Below, piece by piece: positions 10,180 through 21,158 of a DNA stretch of 64,000 nt. Position 1 is the first letter of the stretch, and every line of letters starts with the position of its first letter. Location of the stretch: contig JAHECY010000010.1 in NCBI GenBank assembly GCA_024641505.1, positions 13,596 to 77,595 on the forward strand, read 5' to 3'. The translations under genes and the position numbers were made by a program. The notes below the pieces were generated by a model, which did no database searches, had not been told where the DNA came from, and saw nothing but the letters and a program-made list of their open reading frames with translations. Source of the stretch: Gammaproteobacteria bacterium (GTDB lineage Bacteria; Pseudomonadota; Gammaproteobacteria; SG8-11).

Positions 10180-10560
10180 CCCCCTGCCGCCCCGTCCGTA
10201 CCCATACCGGGAGCCCGCTCCCCGGGACGGCGGGAGATCCGCCTGGTATCACGGCGCACGGTACCGTGTATTCTGATACCTGTTTCCCGGAAATTCCCCG
10301 GTTAAACTCAATTTACCGATGCCCGGGTCCGCCCGGGCATTCGTTATCCCTCAAACCGTTTGGCATCGCCCCGATCGCACTATTCTGCCGTTAATAACAT
10401 GGCAATTAGCTCCATTTCCGATCGGTGCCTATCCGATAAGTGGCCTGAATTTATTTCCGTTAAGGTCGATAACCAATGAAGACACAATAATTTAACTTTA
10501 TGGCGGGACTACCGGCACCAGCGTCGCGCCGACATCAAAGATGATATTACGCGCAACCCT

Positions 10561-11229
10561 ATGTTTGATGACGACTTCTTCAACAACCTGCCAAACGAGC
10601 CTATCGTTGCCGCGCACAAGATCAGCAATACGTTCTGCGCATTTGATCGCAGCATTCCCGACAAGGATAAACAGGAATTTCTCGAACATTACTTGACGGC
10701 TATGGGTGCTTTTCAGGCTTTCGCCGATGCCTATGCGCTCAATTTCGATTTTCCGCAACTCTCCGGAGATCGTGAGCAGAACACCCGTGAAATACGCAGT
10801 TTTTTCTATACCTTGCGCGACGCGCTCGACGCCGAGGTGGCTAAACTGACGGTTGAGCAGGCACGCAGTAAATTCTCCAGCCGCTTCGCGCGCGCCAGTT
10901 ATTTCGAAATACCCGAAGAAAATCTCAAAAAACTGCAATTGTTGTTCAACAGCATACGCTATGAAGTGGAACGCAACCAAAGCATCAATGACGAAGCGCG
11001 CTGGCGTCTGTTGAAAAAACTCGAGGCCACGGAGCTCAAGGTACAGAAAAAAATGATCGACCTCGACCGCCTCTGGGGTTTCATGGGAGAGGCGCGCGTC
11101 ATCCTCAGCACCAGCGGCGACGATACCAGGATCATTCTCGACCGGATTAACGAGATCGCGCGCATCACCCGCGCCGCTCAAAGCAAGCTCATTACCGCCA
11201 GCAACCCATCAGAAGCCGCCGCGCTCTAA
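10561..11229 (+). CDS. hypothetical protein (222 aa, acidic, helical)
   Basis: Plus-strand ORF has more gene-like codon usage than the overlapping minus ORF 10498..11181; no recognised domain. Confidence 0.5.
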   Translation: MFDDDFFNNLPNEPIVAAHKISNTFCAFDRSIPDKDKQEFLEHYLTAMGAFQAFADAYALNFDFPQLSGDREQNTREIRSFFYTLRDALDAEVAKLTVEQARSKFSSRFARASYFEIPEENLKKLQLLFNSIRYEVERNQSINDEARWRLLKKLEATELKVQKKMIDLDRLWGFMGEARVILSTSGDDTRIILDRINEIARITRAAQSKLITASNPSEAAAL

Positions 11230-11338
11230 TCCCCTCGGTTTACATCCCGGCACTGCAGTTACATTAGCGTTGTACCCGGCGCACCGGCATGGTTCAATGG
11301 GTCAGGCACTCCCACCCGATACTTGACTGAATAAATTC

Positions 11339-12571
11339 ATGGCGGCACTGCATACATTTGCCCTGATCATCACCCTGGCGGCGTTGTTCAGCTACCTGAA
11401 TCACCGATACTTGCAATTGCCCAACACCATTGGCCTGATGTTGATCGGACTGGCGCTGTCGCTGCTGCTCATCGGCCTGAGTGCCGCAGGCCTGCCAATC
11501 ATCCGCCAGATCGCCCAGGAGCTGGTGGGTCACATCGATTTTAATACCACGCTGATGCACGGCATGCTCAGCTTTTTGTTGTTCGCAGGCGCGTTACACG
11601 TAAACATCAACGATCTGGCCCGGCAAAAATGGGTTATTTTCATTCTCGCCACGGCCGGAGTAATGGTTTCTACCGTCATCATCGGGTTTGGCGCCTACCT
11701 GGTGATCGGGTTGCTGGGAATGAATCTGCCACTGATTTATTGCCTGGTATTCGGCGCCTTGATCTCGCCCACCGATCCAATCGCGGTATTGGGCATATTG
11801 AAGAAAGTCGGCGCGCCAAAATCCCTGGAAATCAAGATTACCGGCGAATCTCTGTTCAATGACGGTATCGGCGTCGTGGTCTTCATCGCGTTACTGGGCA
11901 TCGCCACCGAAGGCGCCCACACTGACGCTATGAGCATCACGCTGTTGTTTCTGGTGGAGGCCGTGGGTGGAGTCTTGCTGGGCCTTGCCCTGGGCGCCGC
12001 CAGTTATTTTCTGTTGCGTTCCATCGATAATTATCAGGTTGAAATCCTTATTACCCTGGCCGTGGTCATGGGAGGTTACAGCCTGGCCACGCTGGTGCAC
12101 ACCTCCGGTCCGATCGCGATGGTGGTGGCGGGCGTGTTCCTGGGCAATCACGGCCGCATGTTCGCCATGTCGGAGCGCACGCGCGACCACCTGGACATGT
12201 TCTGGGAACTGGTGGATGAAATTCTCAACGCGGTATTATTCGTATTGCTGGGCCTGGAAATATTGCTGCTGAACATTACCGGACCCTACCTGCTGCTGGG
12301 TCTGGCGATGATCCCGGTGATCCTGGCCGCGCGCTTTATCAGTGTCGGTATTCCCGTCAGCCTGTTGCGCCACCGCCGCAGTTTCAGCCCCAAGGTGGTC
12401 AGAATACTCACCTGGGGAGGATTGCGCGGCGGCATCTCAGTGGCCCTGGCCCTGTCCTTGCCGGAAGGCGTGGCGCGGGACATGATCCTGGCGATCACCT
12501 ACATGGTCGTGATTTTTTCCATTGGCGTACAAGGCCTGACCATCGGTCGCCTGCTGCCCAAAAGCGTGTAA
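11339..12571 (+). CDS. cation:proton antiporter (CPA1 family, NhaP-type Na+/H+ antiporter)
   Basis: 410 aa, about 12 TM; characteristic Na_H_exchanger segments ALISPTDPIAVLGILKKVGAP and GESLFNDGIGVVVF. Confidence 0.85.
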   Translation: MAALHTFALIITLAALFSYLNHRYLQLPNTIGLMLIGLALSLLLIGLSAAGLPIIRQIAQELVGHIDFNTTLMHGMLSFLLFAGALHVNINDLARQKWVIFILATAGVMVSTVIIGFGAYLVIGLLGMNLPLIYCLVFGALISPTDPIAVLGILKKVGAPKSLEIKITGESLFNDGIGVVVFIALLGIATEGAHTDAMSITLLFLVEAVGGVLLGLALGAASYFLLRSIDNYQVEILITLAVVMGGYSLATLVHTSGPIAMVVAGVFLGNHGRMFAMSERTRDHLDMFWELVDEILNAVLFVLLGLEILLLNITGPYLLLGLAMIPVILAARFISVGIPVSLLRHRRSFSPKVVRILTWGGLRGGISVALALSLPEGVARDMILAITYMVVIFSIGVQGLTIGRLLPKSV

Positions 12572-12597
12572 CAGCTAAGGAGGCTTGATCAGATTCT

Positions 12598-13596
12598 ATG
12601 AACACCCGACTACTTTGCCTGCTGGCGGGTCTTGCCACGACACTGTTCGCACACGCGGACAACGAACTGGTCATTTATTCCGGTCGCAGTGACAAATTCG
12701 TGCAACCGGTGGTTGATGCCTTCGCCCTGGAAACCGGTATATCCGTGATCCTCCGCTCGGGTAATGCTTCGGAACTGCTGGATTACCTGCATCAGGAAGC
12801 AGGACACACAGATGCCGATGTGTACATCAGTGATGACGCCGGCAATCTGCAGCGGGGCAGCGATTGGCATTTGTTTGCACCATTAGCGGCAGAACTTACC
12901 GCGGACATACCCGCCCGCTACCGCGCCGTGGATCACACCTGGACCGGTGTCGCCACCCGGTTCCGGGTACTGGTGATCAACAAGAAATTCAAGGCTCAAC
13001 ATGCCATTAGTTCAGTGCTTGATTTGGGCCGACCGGAATTGAAAAATCTCATCGCCACTACCAGCAGCAGTAATGAAAACTTTATCTCGGGGGTAACGAT
13101 ATATTTGGCGCTGCTGGGGATGGAACCGATCCAGACATGGCTCCAGAGCCTGAAAACCAATATCGGCACAGAAGTCTTCAGCAAACATTCCCACATTGTC
13201 AAAGCCGTCGCCGCAGGACAAAGAGGCATTGGATTGGTCAATCATTCCGCGATCTTGCGCCACCTGGCGGAGTATCCCGATGATCCGATAGAACTGTTGG
13301 CGCCGGATCAAGGCGAAAATGGCATGGGTCTGGCCTGGAACGTTGCCGGTATCGCCCAAATCATGCAGGCCAGACATGCCGACAAGGCTTTGGCATTCGT
13401 GAAATTCGTATTGTCCGACGAAGGACAAGCCATGTTCGCCGCGGTCAACATGGAATACCCGGTACGCGCCGGCGTGAAAATCGCTCCCGGACTGCCACCG
13501 TCCAATGCCTGGAAAATCGCCGATTTCCCGATTGCGATCCTGGACCAGCAACGTCAGACAACCGTTAATTTGATCGGAAGCGTGGGTATGCCCTGA
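12598..13596 (+). CDS. periplasmic solute-binding protein (ABC-type, Fe3+/FbpA-like family 1 SBP), orphan (no adjacent permease/ATPase)
   Basis: Signal peptide then ELVIYSGRSDKFVQPVVDAFALETGISV pattern typical of SBP_bac_1/FbpA-like binding proteins. Confidence 0.6.
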   Translation: MNTRLLCLLAGLATTLFAHADNELVIYSGRSDKFVQPVVDAFALETGISVILRSGNASELLDYLHQEAGHTDADVYISDDAGNLQRGSDWHLFAPLAAELTADIPARYRAVDHTWTGVATRFRVLVINKKFKAQHAISSVLDLGRPELKNLIATTSSSNENFISGVTIYLALLGMEPIQTWLQSLKTNIGTEVFSKHSHIVKAVAAGQRGIGLVNHSAILRHLAEYPDDPIELLAPDQGENGMGLAWNVAGIAQIMQARHADKALAFVKFVLSDEGQAMFAAVNMEYPVRAGVKIAPGLPPSNAWKIADFPIAILDQQRQTTVNLIGSVGMP

Positions 13597-13683
13597 CGGG
13601 CAAGCCAGCGTACGCCGGTTAACACGAGATTCCAAAAGTGATTGACGCCCGCTCCTACCAACCTGGAAACCGGAAACTTTCCA

Positions 13684-13950
13684 TCAGATGGTTCTGCCAA
13701 GCCATTGGCGATGCGCGATCTTTAACCGTACTTGTTTACGCCACTGCCACCACCGCACCAGGGTCATGCCCAGAAATCCCACGGCGGTAACCAGGAGCAG
13801 TAAAACCAGAGTAAATGCCAGTAACGAACCCGAGCGGTTGGCCACGGGCAGTAGAAAACACATAATCATGGTCGCTGCACAAGCAATCAGCACATTGTTT
13901 GACCACAGGTCGCGCTGTCGGATGTCGTGTTGAATTTGTTCAGAACTCAT
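13684..13950 (-). CDS. small membrane protein (2 TM), hypothetical
   Basis: 88 aa ORF with two hydrophobic helices; weak support. Confidence 0.3.
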   Translation of the reverse strand: MSSEQIQHDIRQRDLWSNNVLIACAATMIMCFLLPVANRSGSLLAFTLVLLLLVTAVGFLGMTLVRWWQWRKQVRLKIAHRQWLGRTI

Positions 13951-14424
13951 TCTAAATACCCTGACCTTAAATACCTCAATCTTATTGACACTCTAGCTCT
14001 TATAACCATTTCCAATATATTATAGCTCTTTGGTTATATAGAAAACTGGGCCTACTATAGCGAATTGGGCGCTATAAACAATACTTTTGCTGCATATTTT
14101 TTTGTTGATAATCCGAGGTCACGCTCAACCCTATAAATCACCCAAAGCTCCAACATAATTGATTGTTTCTACTGACTATATCTACCATACAAGAGAAGTT
14201 TCCAGTGCCGCCAAGGTACGCTCATTGCGCTGGCGGCATACCATCAACAGCTTAACCCTGTCGATCAACATGGTTATGTGTCCGCATGACCTTACATTAA
14301 TTCCGATAAATTTCCTGTAGCGCAGCACACTGACAATAAAACGCGGCAACGAAAATCTTTTCCCGGGCAGCGACGAGCGACGCCCTTGGTTTTGCCAGGC
14401 AAGCGCGGTATAGTTTTGCCCTCA

Positions 14425-14590
14425 ACCATAACTCCTCGGGAGAGAGTGGCTTTGCCACCGCCGAAGGCGCAACTCGCTCGGAATCGCTCAGGCAAAAGAA
14501 CCGAAGAGATCAGTTGACTCTGGAGAGAGATCAGTTTGCTGATCCGCCGAAGGGGCATACGCTTTCAGGCACAATGGACAGAGGGGCGCG
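14425..14590 (+). ncRNA. glycine riboswitch, tandem aptamers, leader of gcvT operon
   Basis: Aptamer 1: CTCGGGAGAGAG...CACCGCCGAAGGCGCAA...CAGGCAAAAGAACCGAAGAG; aptamer 2: CTCTGGAGAGAG...CCGCCGAAGGGGCA...CAGGCACAATGGACAGAGG; matches the conserved GGAGAG / CGCCGAAGG(A/G)GCAA / CAGGCAAAAGGACAG glycine riboswitch cores; immediately 5' of gcvT. Confidence 0.85.
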
Positions 14591-14650
14591 CGCGTGATTC
14601 GTGCGTCCCGTTGTTTTGTGTTTTAAAAACGTCGACCCTTCGGAGCAGAC

Positions 14651-15739
14651 ATGGGCAAGAAAACACCGCTATACGAAGCACATCTTAGTGCTGGCGCCAA
14701 AATCGTGGATTTTGCGGGCTGGCTAATGCCGATTCACTACGGCTCCCAACTTGACGAACACCATTGGGTGCGCACCGGGGCAGGCATGTTCGATGTCTCC
14801 CATATGACTGTGGTGGACCTCAAAGGCGACCGGACACGGGAGTTTCTCCGCGCACTATTGGCCAACGATGTCGACCGACTCACCACCCCGGGCAAAGCGC
14901 TTTACTCCTGCATGCTGCGCCAGGACGGCGGCATTCTCGATGACCTGATCGTCTACGGCATGGCGGCTGACTGGTACCGTATGGTGGTCAATGCCGCCAC
15001 CCGGGAAAAAGACCTGGCCTGGATGCGCACGCAAGCGCAACCTTACGGCATCGACATCACCGAACGCACGGATCTGGCCATGATCGCCGTGCAAGGCCCG
15101 GCGGCACGGGGCAAGGTTCACGCCATTCTCGGCGCCCGCGCCGGTGCACTGCCAGACTTGAAACCCTTCAACGCCCTGGCGCTAAACACGTGGTTTATCG
15201 CGCGTACCGGCTATACCGGCGAGGACGGTTACGAAATCATCCTGCCCGCGATTGACGCCGTGGACTTCTGGCAACAGTTGCGCAATGCCGATGTCCACCC
15301 CTGCGGCCTCGGCGCCCGCGACACCTTGCGCCTGGAAGCCGGCATGAATCTTTACGGCACCGACATGGACGAATCGCTGACCCCGCTGGACTGCGGCCTG
15401 GCCTGGACCGTCGCTTTCACACCGGAGGACCGGCAGTTCATTGGCAGAGACGCTCTGGAAGCGCTCAAACAATCCGGCCTGCGCCACCGTTTTGTAGGCT
15501 TGATCCTGGAAGAACGCGGGGTATTGCGCGGTCATCAAAAAGTGTTCATCGACGGCAAAGAAGTCGGCATCACCACCAGCGGCACCTTTTCGCCCACTCT
15601 AAAACAAGCGATCGCCATGGCGCGGCTATCGGTCCTTGATGGGCATCATTGCGCAGTGGAAATTCGGGGCAAGCTGCTGCCCGCAAGAATCGTTAAACCG
15701 GTGTTCGTGCGCAACGGCAAGTCGTGCGTGGATGCCTGA
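14651..15739 (+). CDS. gcvT: glycine cleavage system aminomethyltransferase T protein
   Basis: 362 aa; GcvT signatures (MPIHYGSQLDEHH, GYTGEDGYEI, LRLEAGM). Confidence 0.95.
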   Translation: MGKKTPLYEAHLSAGAKIVDFAGWLMPIHYGSQLDEHHWVRTGAGMFDVSHMTVVDLKGDRTREFLRALLANDVDRLTTPGKALYSCMLRQDGGILDDLIVYGMAADWYRMVVNAATREKDLAWMRTQAQPYGIDITERTDLAMIAVQGPAARGKVHAILGARAGALPDLKPFNALALNTWFIARTGYTGEDGYEIILPAIDAVDFWQQLRNADVHPCGLGARDTLRLEAGMNLYGTDMDESLTPLDCGLAWTVAFTPEDRQFIGRDALEALKQSGLRHRFVGLILEERGVLRGHQKVFIDGKEVGITTSGTFSPTLKQAIAMARLSVLDGHHCAVEIRGKLLPARIVKPVFVRNGKSCVDA

Positions 15740-15776
15740 TCATCAGCAACTGTAATTACATCCCGGGGGAAATGTT

Positions 15777-16181
15777 ATGAGTCATATTCCAGAAAACTTA
15801 CTGTACACCCGAACCCACGAGTGGGTTCACAACAATGGTGATGGTACCGTCACCGTCGGCATTACCGATCATGCACAGGATTTGCTGGGCGACATGGTGT
15901 TCATAGAGCTTCCGGAAATCGGCACGACGGTGGATCGCGAAGAAGAAGTCGTGGTCGTGGAATCGGTCAAGGCCGCGTCGGATGTCTACGCGCCGGTCGG
16001 CGGTGAAATCGTCGCCGTCAACGAACGACTCACCAACGCCCCTGAATTGGTCAATAAAGACGCCTACGACGACGGCTGGATGATGAAGATTCGCGTGGAA
16101 GACAAATTGGATCTGGATGAATTATTGTCGTCTCAGGACTACCAGGAACTGCTCGAAGAAGAACAGGACGACGAAGATTGA
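15777..16181 (+). CDS. gcvH: glycine cleavage system H protein (lipoyl carrier)
   Basis: 134 aa; lipoyl-lysine motif ESVKAASDVYAPV, acidic C-terminus. Confidence 0.95.
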   Translation: MSHIPENLLYTRTHEWVHNNGDGTVTVGITDHAQDLLGDMVFIELPEIGTTVDREEEVVVVESVKAASDVYAPVGGEIVAVNERLTNAPELVNKDAYDDGWMMKIRVEDKLDLDELLSSQDYQELLEEEQDDED

Positions 16182-16220
16182 ACCATTCGGCATCAGCCAC
16201 AAGTTGAGTATTGATAAATT

Positions 16221-17582
16221 ATGCCGTTCATACCGCATACCAAAGAAGATGTAACATCCATGCTGACGGCTATTGGCGTCAGCGGAATCGAACAGCTGTT
16301 TGATGAAATCCCCCGGGAACTGATCAATACCGATCTGTCGCGAATTCCCGAAGGCATCAGTGAAATGGAAGTGTCCGCCGAGTTGCGCGCCCGTGCCGAG
16401 CAGGATCGCCAGGGACTCTGTTTCCTGGGAGCCGGCGCCTACGACCACCATATCCCCGCCGCCGTTTGGGAACTTACCACCCGTGGCGAGTTTTATTCCG
16501 CCTATACGCCATATCAGGCGGAAGCCAGCCAGGGCACTTTGCAGTTATTGTACGAATACCAGACAATGATTACCGGCCTCACGGCACTGGATGCCGCCAA
16601 CGCCTCATTGTACGACGGAGCATCCGCCCTGGCCGAAGCGATTCTCATGGCAGTACGCGCCAATCGCAAGTCTGACAGCAAAACGATACTGGTGCCGCGC
16701 ACCCTGGATCCGCGTTACCGTAAAGTTGCCGAGACTATCGTCAAACATCAGAACGTCGTGCTCCAGGAAGTCGCTTACGATGCCGCCTCCGGCATCACCA
16801 ACCTTGATGCCATTATCGCCGACGGCGGCGACATCAGCGCGCTGGTCATCCCGCAACCGAATTTCTTCGGCCGCCTCGAAGAGGTGGATATGCTGACCGA
16901 TTGGGCGCATGCCCATGGTGCGCTGGTAATCGCCGTCGTCAACCCGCTGGCCCTGGCCTTGCTCAAGCCTCCGGGGCAGTGGGGCAGCGCCGGCGCGGAT
17001 ATCGCCTGCGGCGAAGGTCAGCCATTGGGCATCCCGCTGGCGTCCGGCGGTCCTTATTTCGGTTTTATGTGCTGCCGCCAGGAACATGTACGGCAAATGC
17101 CGGGGCGCATCATCGGGCGCACCGTGGACACACTCGGCAATCCCGGATTCAGTCTGACTCTGCAAGCCCGTGAACAGCATATTCGCCGCTCCAAGGCGAC
17201 CTCCAACATCTGCACCAACCAGGGATTACTGGTTACCGCCGCCACTATCCACATGGCGTTGATGGGCGCCGAAGGACTGGCGCAAAGCGCCCGCGCCAGC
17301 CACCACAACAGCGCGCAATTGTTGGCCCGCTGCCAAACCATCGCGGGCGTGCAAGCGGTGTTCGCCGGACCGTTTTTTCATGAAATAGTGTTACGTCTGT
17401 CACGACCGGTGACGACGGTGCTGAAAGGATTACACACCCGGGGCATCGTGGGTGGCTTCGCCCTGGAACATTACTACCCAGAGCTGGAAAATTGCCTGCT
17501 GGTCTGTGTCACGGAAAAACGCACGGCGGCGGACATCAATCGTTACGGGGAGGCGTTAGCCGCGGTACTGTCCGCCCCTTGA
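16221..17582 (+). CDS. gcvPA: glycine dehydrogenase (decarboxylating) subunit 1 (P-protein N-terminal half)
   Basis: 453 aa; split P-protein, subunit 1 motifs ([24 protein letters not shown]). Confidence 0.93.
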   Translation: MPFIPHTKEDVTSMLTAIGVSGIEQLFDEIPRELINTDLSRIPEGISEMEVSAELRARAEQDRQGLCFLGAGAYDHHIPAAVWELTTRGEFYSAYTPYQAEASQGTLQLLYEYQTMITGLTALDAANASLYDGASALAEAILMAVRANRKSDSKTILVPRTLDPRYRKVAETIVKHQNVVLQEVAYDAASGITNLDAIIADGGDISALVIPQPNFFGRLEEVDMLTDWAHAHGALVIAVVNPLALALLKPPGQWGSAGADIACGEGQPLGIPLASGGPYFGFMCCRQEHVRQMPGRIIGRTVDTLGNPGFSLTLQAREQHIRRSKATSNICTNQGLLVTAATIHMALMGAEGLAQSARASHHNSAQLLARCQTIAGVQAVFAGPFFHEIVLRLSRPVTTVLKGLHTRGIVGGFALEHYYPELENCLLVCVTEKRTAADINRYGEALAAVLSAP

Positions 17583-17622
17583 CCCACACCACCCGTACTT
17601 TAATCAATGCGAGGATAACACC

Positions 17623-18123
17623 ATGGCACAAGTTACACTGAAAGGAACCCCGGTCAATACCAATGGCGCATTGCCCGCAGTGGGCTCAGTTGCTCCAGAC
17701 TTCAGTCTGGTAGACGGCGATCTCAATAATATTACACTGGCCAGCTACGCCGGGAAGAAGAAGATTCTGAACATCGTGCCCAGCCTGGACACACCGGTGT
17801 GCGCCACCTCCACCAAAGTGTTCAATGAACGCATCGCCGGACGCAACGATGCCGTGGCATTGATCATTTCCGCCGATCTACCGTTTGCCCAGAAACGTTT
17901 CTGCAGTGACAGCAAGCTGTCCAACGTGATACCACTGGCCATGATGCGCTCCCGAAATTTCGCCAAGGACTATGGCGTGTTGTTGACGGACGGCCCGCTG
18001 GCCGGCATCACCACTCGCGCCGTCGTCGTGCTGGACGAAAAGAACAAGGTCCTGTACACGCAGCTGGTGCCGGACATCACCCAGGAACCTAATTATGACG
18101 CCGCCCTCAAGGCGATAGGATAA
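17623..18123 (+). CDS. tpx: thiol peroxidase (atypical 2-Cys peroxiredoxin Tpx)
   Basis: 166 aa; Tpx motif [10 protein letters not shown] (peroxidatic Cys) and resolving Cys region RFCSD. Confidence 0.9.
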   Translation: MAQVTLKGTPVNTNGALPAVGSVAPDFSLVDGDLNNITLASYAGKKKILNIVPSLDTPVCATSTKVFNERIAGRNDAVALIISADLPFAQKRFCSDSKLSNVIPLAMMRSRNFAKDYGVLLTDGPLAGITTRAVVVLDEKNKVLYTQLVPDITQEPNYDAALKAIG

Positions 18124-18191
18124 TCAGGCAGTCAACCGACACCCCACCGGCCACGGTGGGGTCAGTCGCTACACGTTGTTGGAGCACCACG

Positions 18192-19643
18192 ATGTTGATA
18201 TTCGAGCATTCGCAACCCGGTCGCATGAATCACGCCCAATGTCCGGGACATGAAACCGTGATCAACGATATCCCGGCGCATTTGTTACGCAGCAGTGATA
18301 CCGGTTTGCCCCGGGTATCGGAATTGCAGGCGGTGCGTCACTACACACGCCTGTCCCAAAAGAATTTTTCCATCGACACCCACTTTTACCCATTGGGGTC
18401 GTGCACCATGAAATACAACCCTCGCGCCTGTAACACCCTGGCAAGCTTGTCAGGCTTCATCAGCCGACATCCGTCGGCGCCCACGACGGACGCCCAGGGC
18501 TTCCTCGCCTGCATGTACGAATTACAACAGATGCTGATGAATATCACCGGCATGAAAGGCGTGTCGCTGACACCTGCCGCCGGCGCGCAAGGCGAATTCG
18601 CCGGTGTCGCCATGATCCGCGCTTACCACGACAGTCGTGGCGATACGGCACGGCGCGAAATCCTGGTACCGGATGCGGCTCACGGCACGAATCCCGCCAC
18701 CGCCACCATGTGCGGCTACAAGGTCAGGGAAATTCCCACCGGCGACGACGGCGATGTCGATGTCGATGCGTTAAAGAAAGTCGTCGGCCCCCAAACCGCC
18801 GGCATCATGCTCACCAATCCATCCACCCTGGGCGTGTTCGACCGAACCATCAAGAAGATCGCGGATATCGTCCACGCCGCCGGCGGCTTGCTGTACTACG
18901 ACGGCGCTAATCTCAACGCCATTCTCGGCAAGGTCAAACCCGGCGACATGGGCTTCGACGTGGTGCACATCAATCTGCACAAGACTTTCTCCACGCCCCA
19001 TGGCGGGGGCGGACCCGGCGCCGGCCCGGTGGGCGTCAGTCAGCGCCTGCTGCCATTTCTGCCGGTGCCGGTGATCGGCAAAGACGGTGATCAATACCAT
19101 TTGATAACCGAACAACAGTTGCCGCAAACCATCGGACATTTGTCCGCTCATCTGGGCAACGCGGGCATCCTGTTACGCGCGTATATATACATGCGCCTAC
19201 TGGGTCGGACCGGCATGCAGCGGGTGGCCGACTACTCCACGCTTAATGCCAATTATTTGATGGTACGTTTACGTGACGCGGGTTTTGAACTGGCGCTGCC
19301 CAAACGCCGCGCCACCCATGAATTCATCGTCACGCTCAAAAAGGAAAGCAAGGATTATGGCGTGAACGCCATGCACTTCGCTAAACGCCTGCTGGACTAC
19401 GGCTTCCATGCGCCGACCACCTACTTTCCGTTAATCATCCCGGAGTGTCTGCTCATTGAACCCACGGAAACCGAAAGCCGGGAAGAAATCGACCGCTTCG
19501 TGGACGCCATGATCAGCATTCGCCGGGAGGCGGAACAATCTCCGGAACTGGTACGGACCGCGCCACACACCATGCCGGTACGGCGCCTCGACGACGTGAA
19601 AGCAGCGCGCGAACTGGATCTAGCCTGGCGACCAGCGCAATAA
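18192..19643 (+). CDS. gcvPB: glycine dehydrogenase (decarboxylating) subunit 2 (P-protein C-terminal half, PLP-binding)
   Basis: ORF 18156..19643; start moved to ATG 18192 ([11 protein letters not shown], canonical GcvPB N-terminus, GGAG 8 nt upstream); PLP-lysine region [16 protein letters not shown]. Confidence 0.93.
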   Translation: MLIFEHSQPGRMNHAQCPGHETVINDIPAHLLRSSDTGLPRVSELQAVRHYTRLSQKNFSIDTHFYPLGSCTMKYNPRACNTLASLSGFISRHPSAPTTDAQGFLACMYELQQMLMNITGMKGVSLTPAAGAQGEFAGVAMIRAYHDSRGDTARREILVPDAAHGTNPATATMCGYKVREIPTGDDGDVDVDALKKVVGPQTAGIMLTNPSTLGVFDRTIKKIADIVHAAGGLLYYDGANLNAILGKVKPGDMGFDVVHINLHKTFSTPHGGGGPGAGPVGVSQRLLPFLPVPVIGKDGDQYHLITEQQLPQTIGHLSAHLGNAGILLRAYIYMRLLGRTGMQRVADYSTLNANYLMVRLRDAGFELALPKRRATHEFIVTLKKESKDYGVNAMHFAKRLLDYGFHAPTTYFPLIIPECLLIEPTETESREEIDRFVDAMISIRREAEQSPELVRTAPHTMPVRRLDDVKAARELDLAWRPAQ

Positions 19644-19761
19644 AGCCATACAACGGCATGGGGAAAAGCGCTACAATAGCCCTCTGAATATTTTCAGGCA
19701 GCGATCTTGATGCAGACCTTTACAGCGTATCCAGAAACCCAAGGCCACGGTGACACACACC

Positions 19762-20124
19762 GTGGCCAATAATACCCGGGGACTCAAGCGCTTGATCAAT
19801 GCCGGCGGTTATTCCTGGTCGGGACTCAAGGCCGCGTATCTGCACGAAGCGGCATTTCGTCAGGAACTGGCCATGACCATGGCGATGGCACCCCTGGGGT
19901 GGTGGTTAGGTGACAGCGGCGGTGAACGCGCGCTGCTTATCGGCAGTTTATTCGTGGTGCTGATTGTTGAGCTGCTCAACTCCGCGGTGGAAGCGGTGGT
20001 CGACCGGCTGGGTACGGAGCACCATGAGCTTTCCGGACGCGCCAAGGACCTGGGTTCAGCCGCGGTATTTATGTCTTTGGTATTTTTAGGGGTAGTCTGG
20101 GGCCTGGTGTTGTTACCCTATTGA
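19762..20124 (+). CDS. dgkA: diacylglycerol kinase (prokaryotic DgkA)
   Basis: Aligns with E. coli DgkA from ANNTTGF...; here VANNTRGLKRLINAGGYSWSGLKAAYLHEAAFRQE...VELLNSAVEAVVDRLGTEHHELSGRAKDLGSAAV; GTG start 19762 preferred over 19750. Confidence 0.88.
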   Translation: MANNTRGLKRLINAGGYSWSGLKAAYLHEAAFRQELAMTMAMAPLGWWLGDSGGERALLIGSLFVVLIVELLNSAVEAVVDRLGTEHHELSGRAKDLGSAAVFMSLVFLGVVWGLVLLPY

Positions 20125-20225
20125 CCAACGCCAAACCCGGACATCAACCGCACAGATCAATCACACGCCGTTACCCGCGCACGCAGGTTACTGCTGATTA
20201 TTTAGTTGTGTAAAAGGGAGATTTT

Positions 20226-21158
20226 ATGTCAGTACTTATTTGTGGCTCCATTGCCTATGACACGATCATGGTATTCCATGACCGGTTCAAGAATCACATT
20301 CTGCCGGACAAGGTGCACATTCTCAATGTGTCGTTCCTGGTACCGGAGATGCGTCGCGAGTACGGGGGCTGCGCCGGCAACATTGCCTATAACCTGAAGC
20401 TGCTGGGTGACAAGCCAATACCGATGGCCACCGTCGGTAGCGATTTTGATCCCTATGGCGCATGGATGGAAAAACACGCCATCCCTACGCAACACATCCG
20501 CACCATCGATCACATCTACACTGCGCAGGCGTTCATCACTACCGACATGGATGACAACCAGATTACCGCATTTCATCCCGGCGCCATGAATTTCGCCCAT
20601 GAAAACAATGTCAACGACGCGAAGAATGTCAAACTGGGCATCGTGTCACCGGATGGTCGTGAAGGCATGATCAGCCATGCGGAGCAATTCGCGGAAGCAA
20701 ACATACCCTTCATTTTCGATCCGGGCCAGGGCATGCCCATGTTCGACAAAGCGGATTTATTGAAATTCATCGACCTCGCCACCTGGGTCACAGTCAACGA
20801 CTACGAAGCACAATTGATGCAGGAACGCACCGGCCTGTCGCCGCATGAAATCGCGGAACGCGTCGACGCGCTGGTGGTTACCATGGGTGCCAAGGGTTCC
20901 AGCATTTATCGTGGCGAACACCGCATGGATATTCCCAGCGCCACCATCAGCCATGTCGCCGATCCAACAGGTTGCGGCGACGCGTACCGCGCCGGCTTGC
21001 TGTATGGTTTGACGCACGGCCTGGACTGGGAAAATACCGGCCGCGTCGCCTCACTGATGGGTGCCATCAAGATCGAACATCACGGCACCCAGAACCACAG
21101 GTTCACACGCAGCGAATTCGAACAACGGTTCAAAGAAGCCTTCGGTCACAGCCTGTAG
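20226..21158 (+). CDS. PfkB-family carbohydrate/nucleoside kinase (adenosine kinase-like)
   Basis: 310 aa; PfkB signatures GGCAGNIAYNL near N-terminus and DPTGCGDAYRAGLLYGL near C-terminus. Confidence 0.85.
   Translation: MSVLICGSIAYDTIMVFHDRFKNHILPDKVHILNVSFLVPEMRREYGGCAGNIAYNLKLLGDKPIPMATVGSDFDPYGAWMEKHAIPTQHIRTIDHIYTAQAFITTDMDDNQITAFHPGAMNFAHENNVNDAKNVKLGIVSPDGREGMISHAEQFAEANIPFIFDPGQGMPMFDKADLLKFIDLATWVTVNDYEAQLMQERTGLSPHEIAERVDALVVTMGAKGSSIYRGEHRMDIPSATISHVADPTGCGDAYRAGLLYGLTHGLDWENTGRVASLMGAIKIEHHGTQNHRFTRSEFEQRFKEAFGHSL

Noticed and set aside
10498-11181. 227-aa minus-strand ORF overlapping the 10561-11229 hypothetical gene
   Set aside because: Plus-strand frame has more gene-like composition and a sensible start; minus frame is E/F/A-rich and judged the shadow ORF, though neither has a recognised domain.
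14292-14558. 88-aa minus-strand ORF
   Set aside because: Overlaps the tandem glycine riboswitch aptamers; the sequence is structured RNA on the plus strand.
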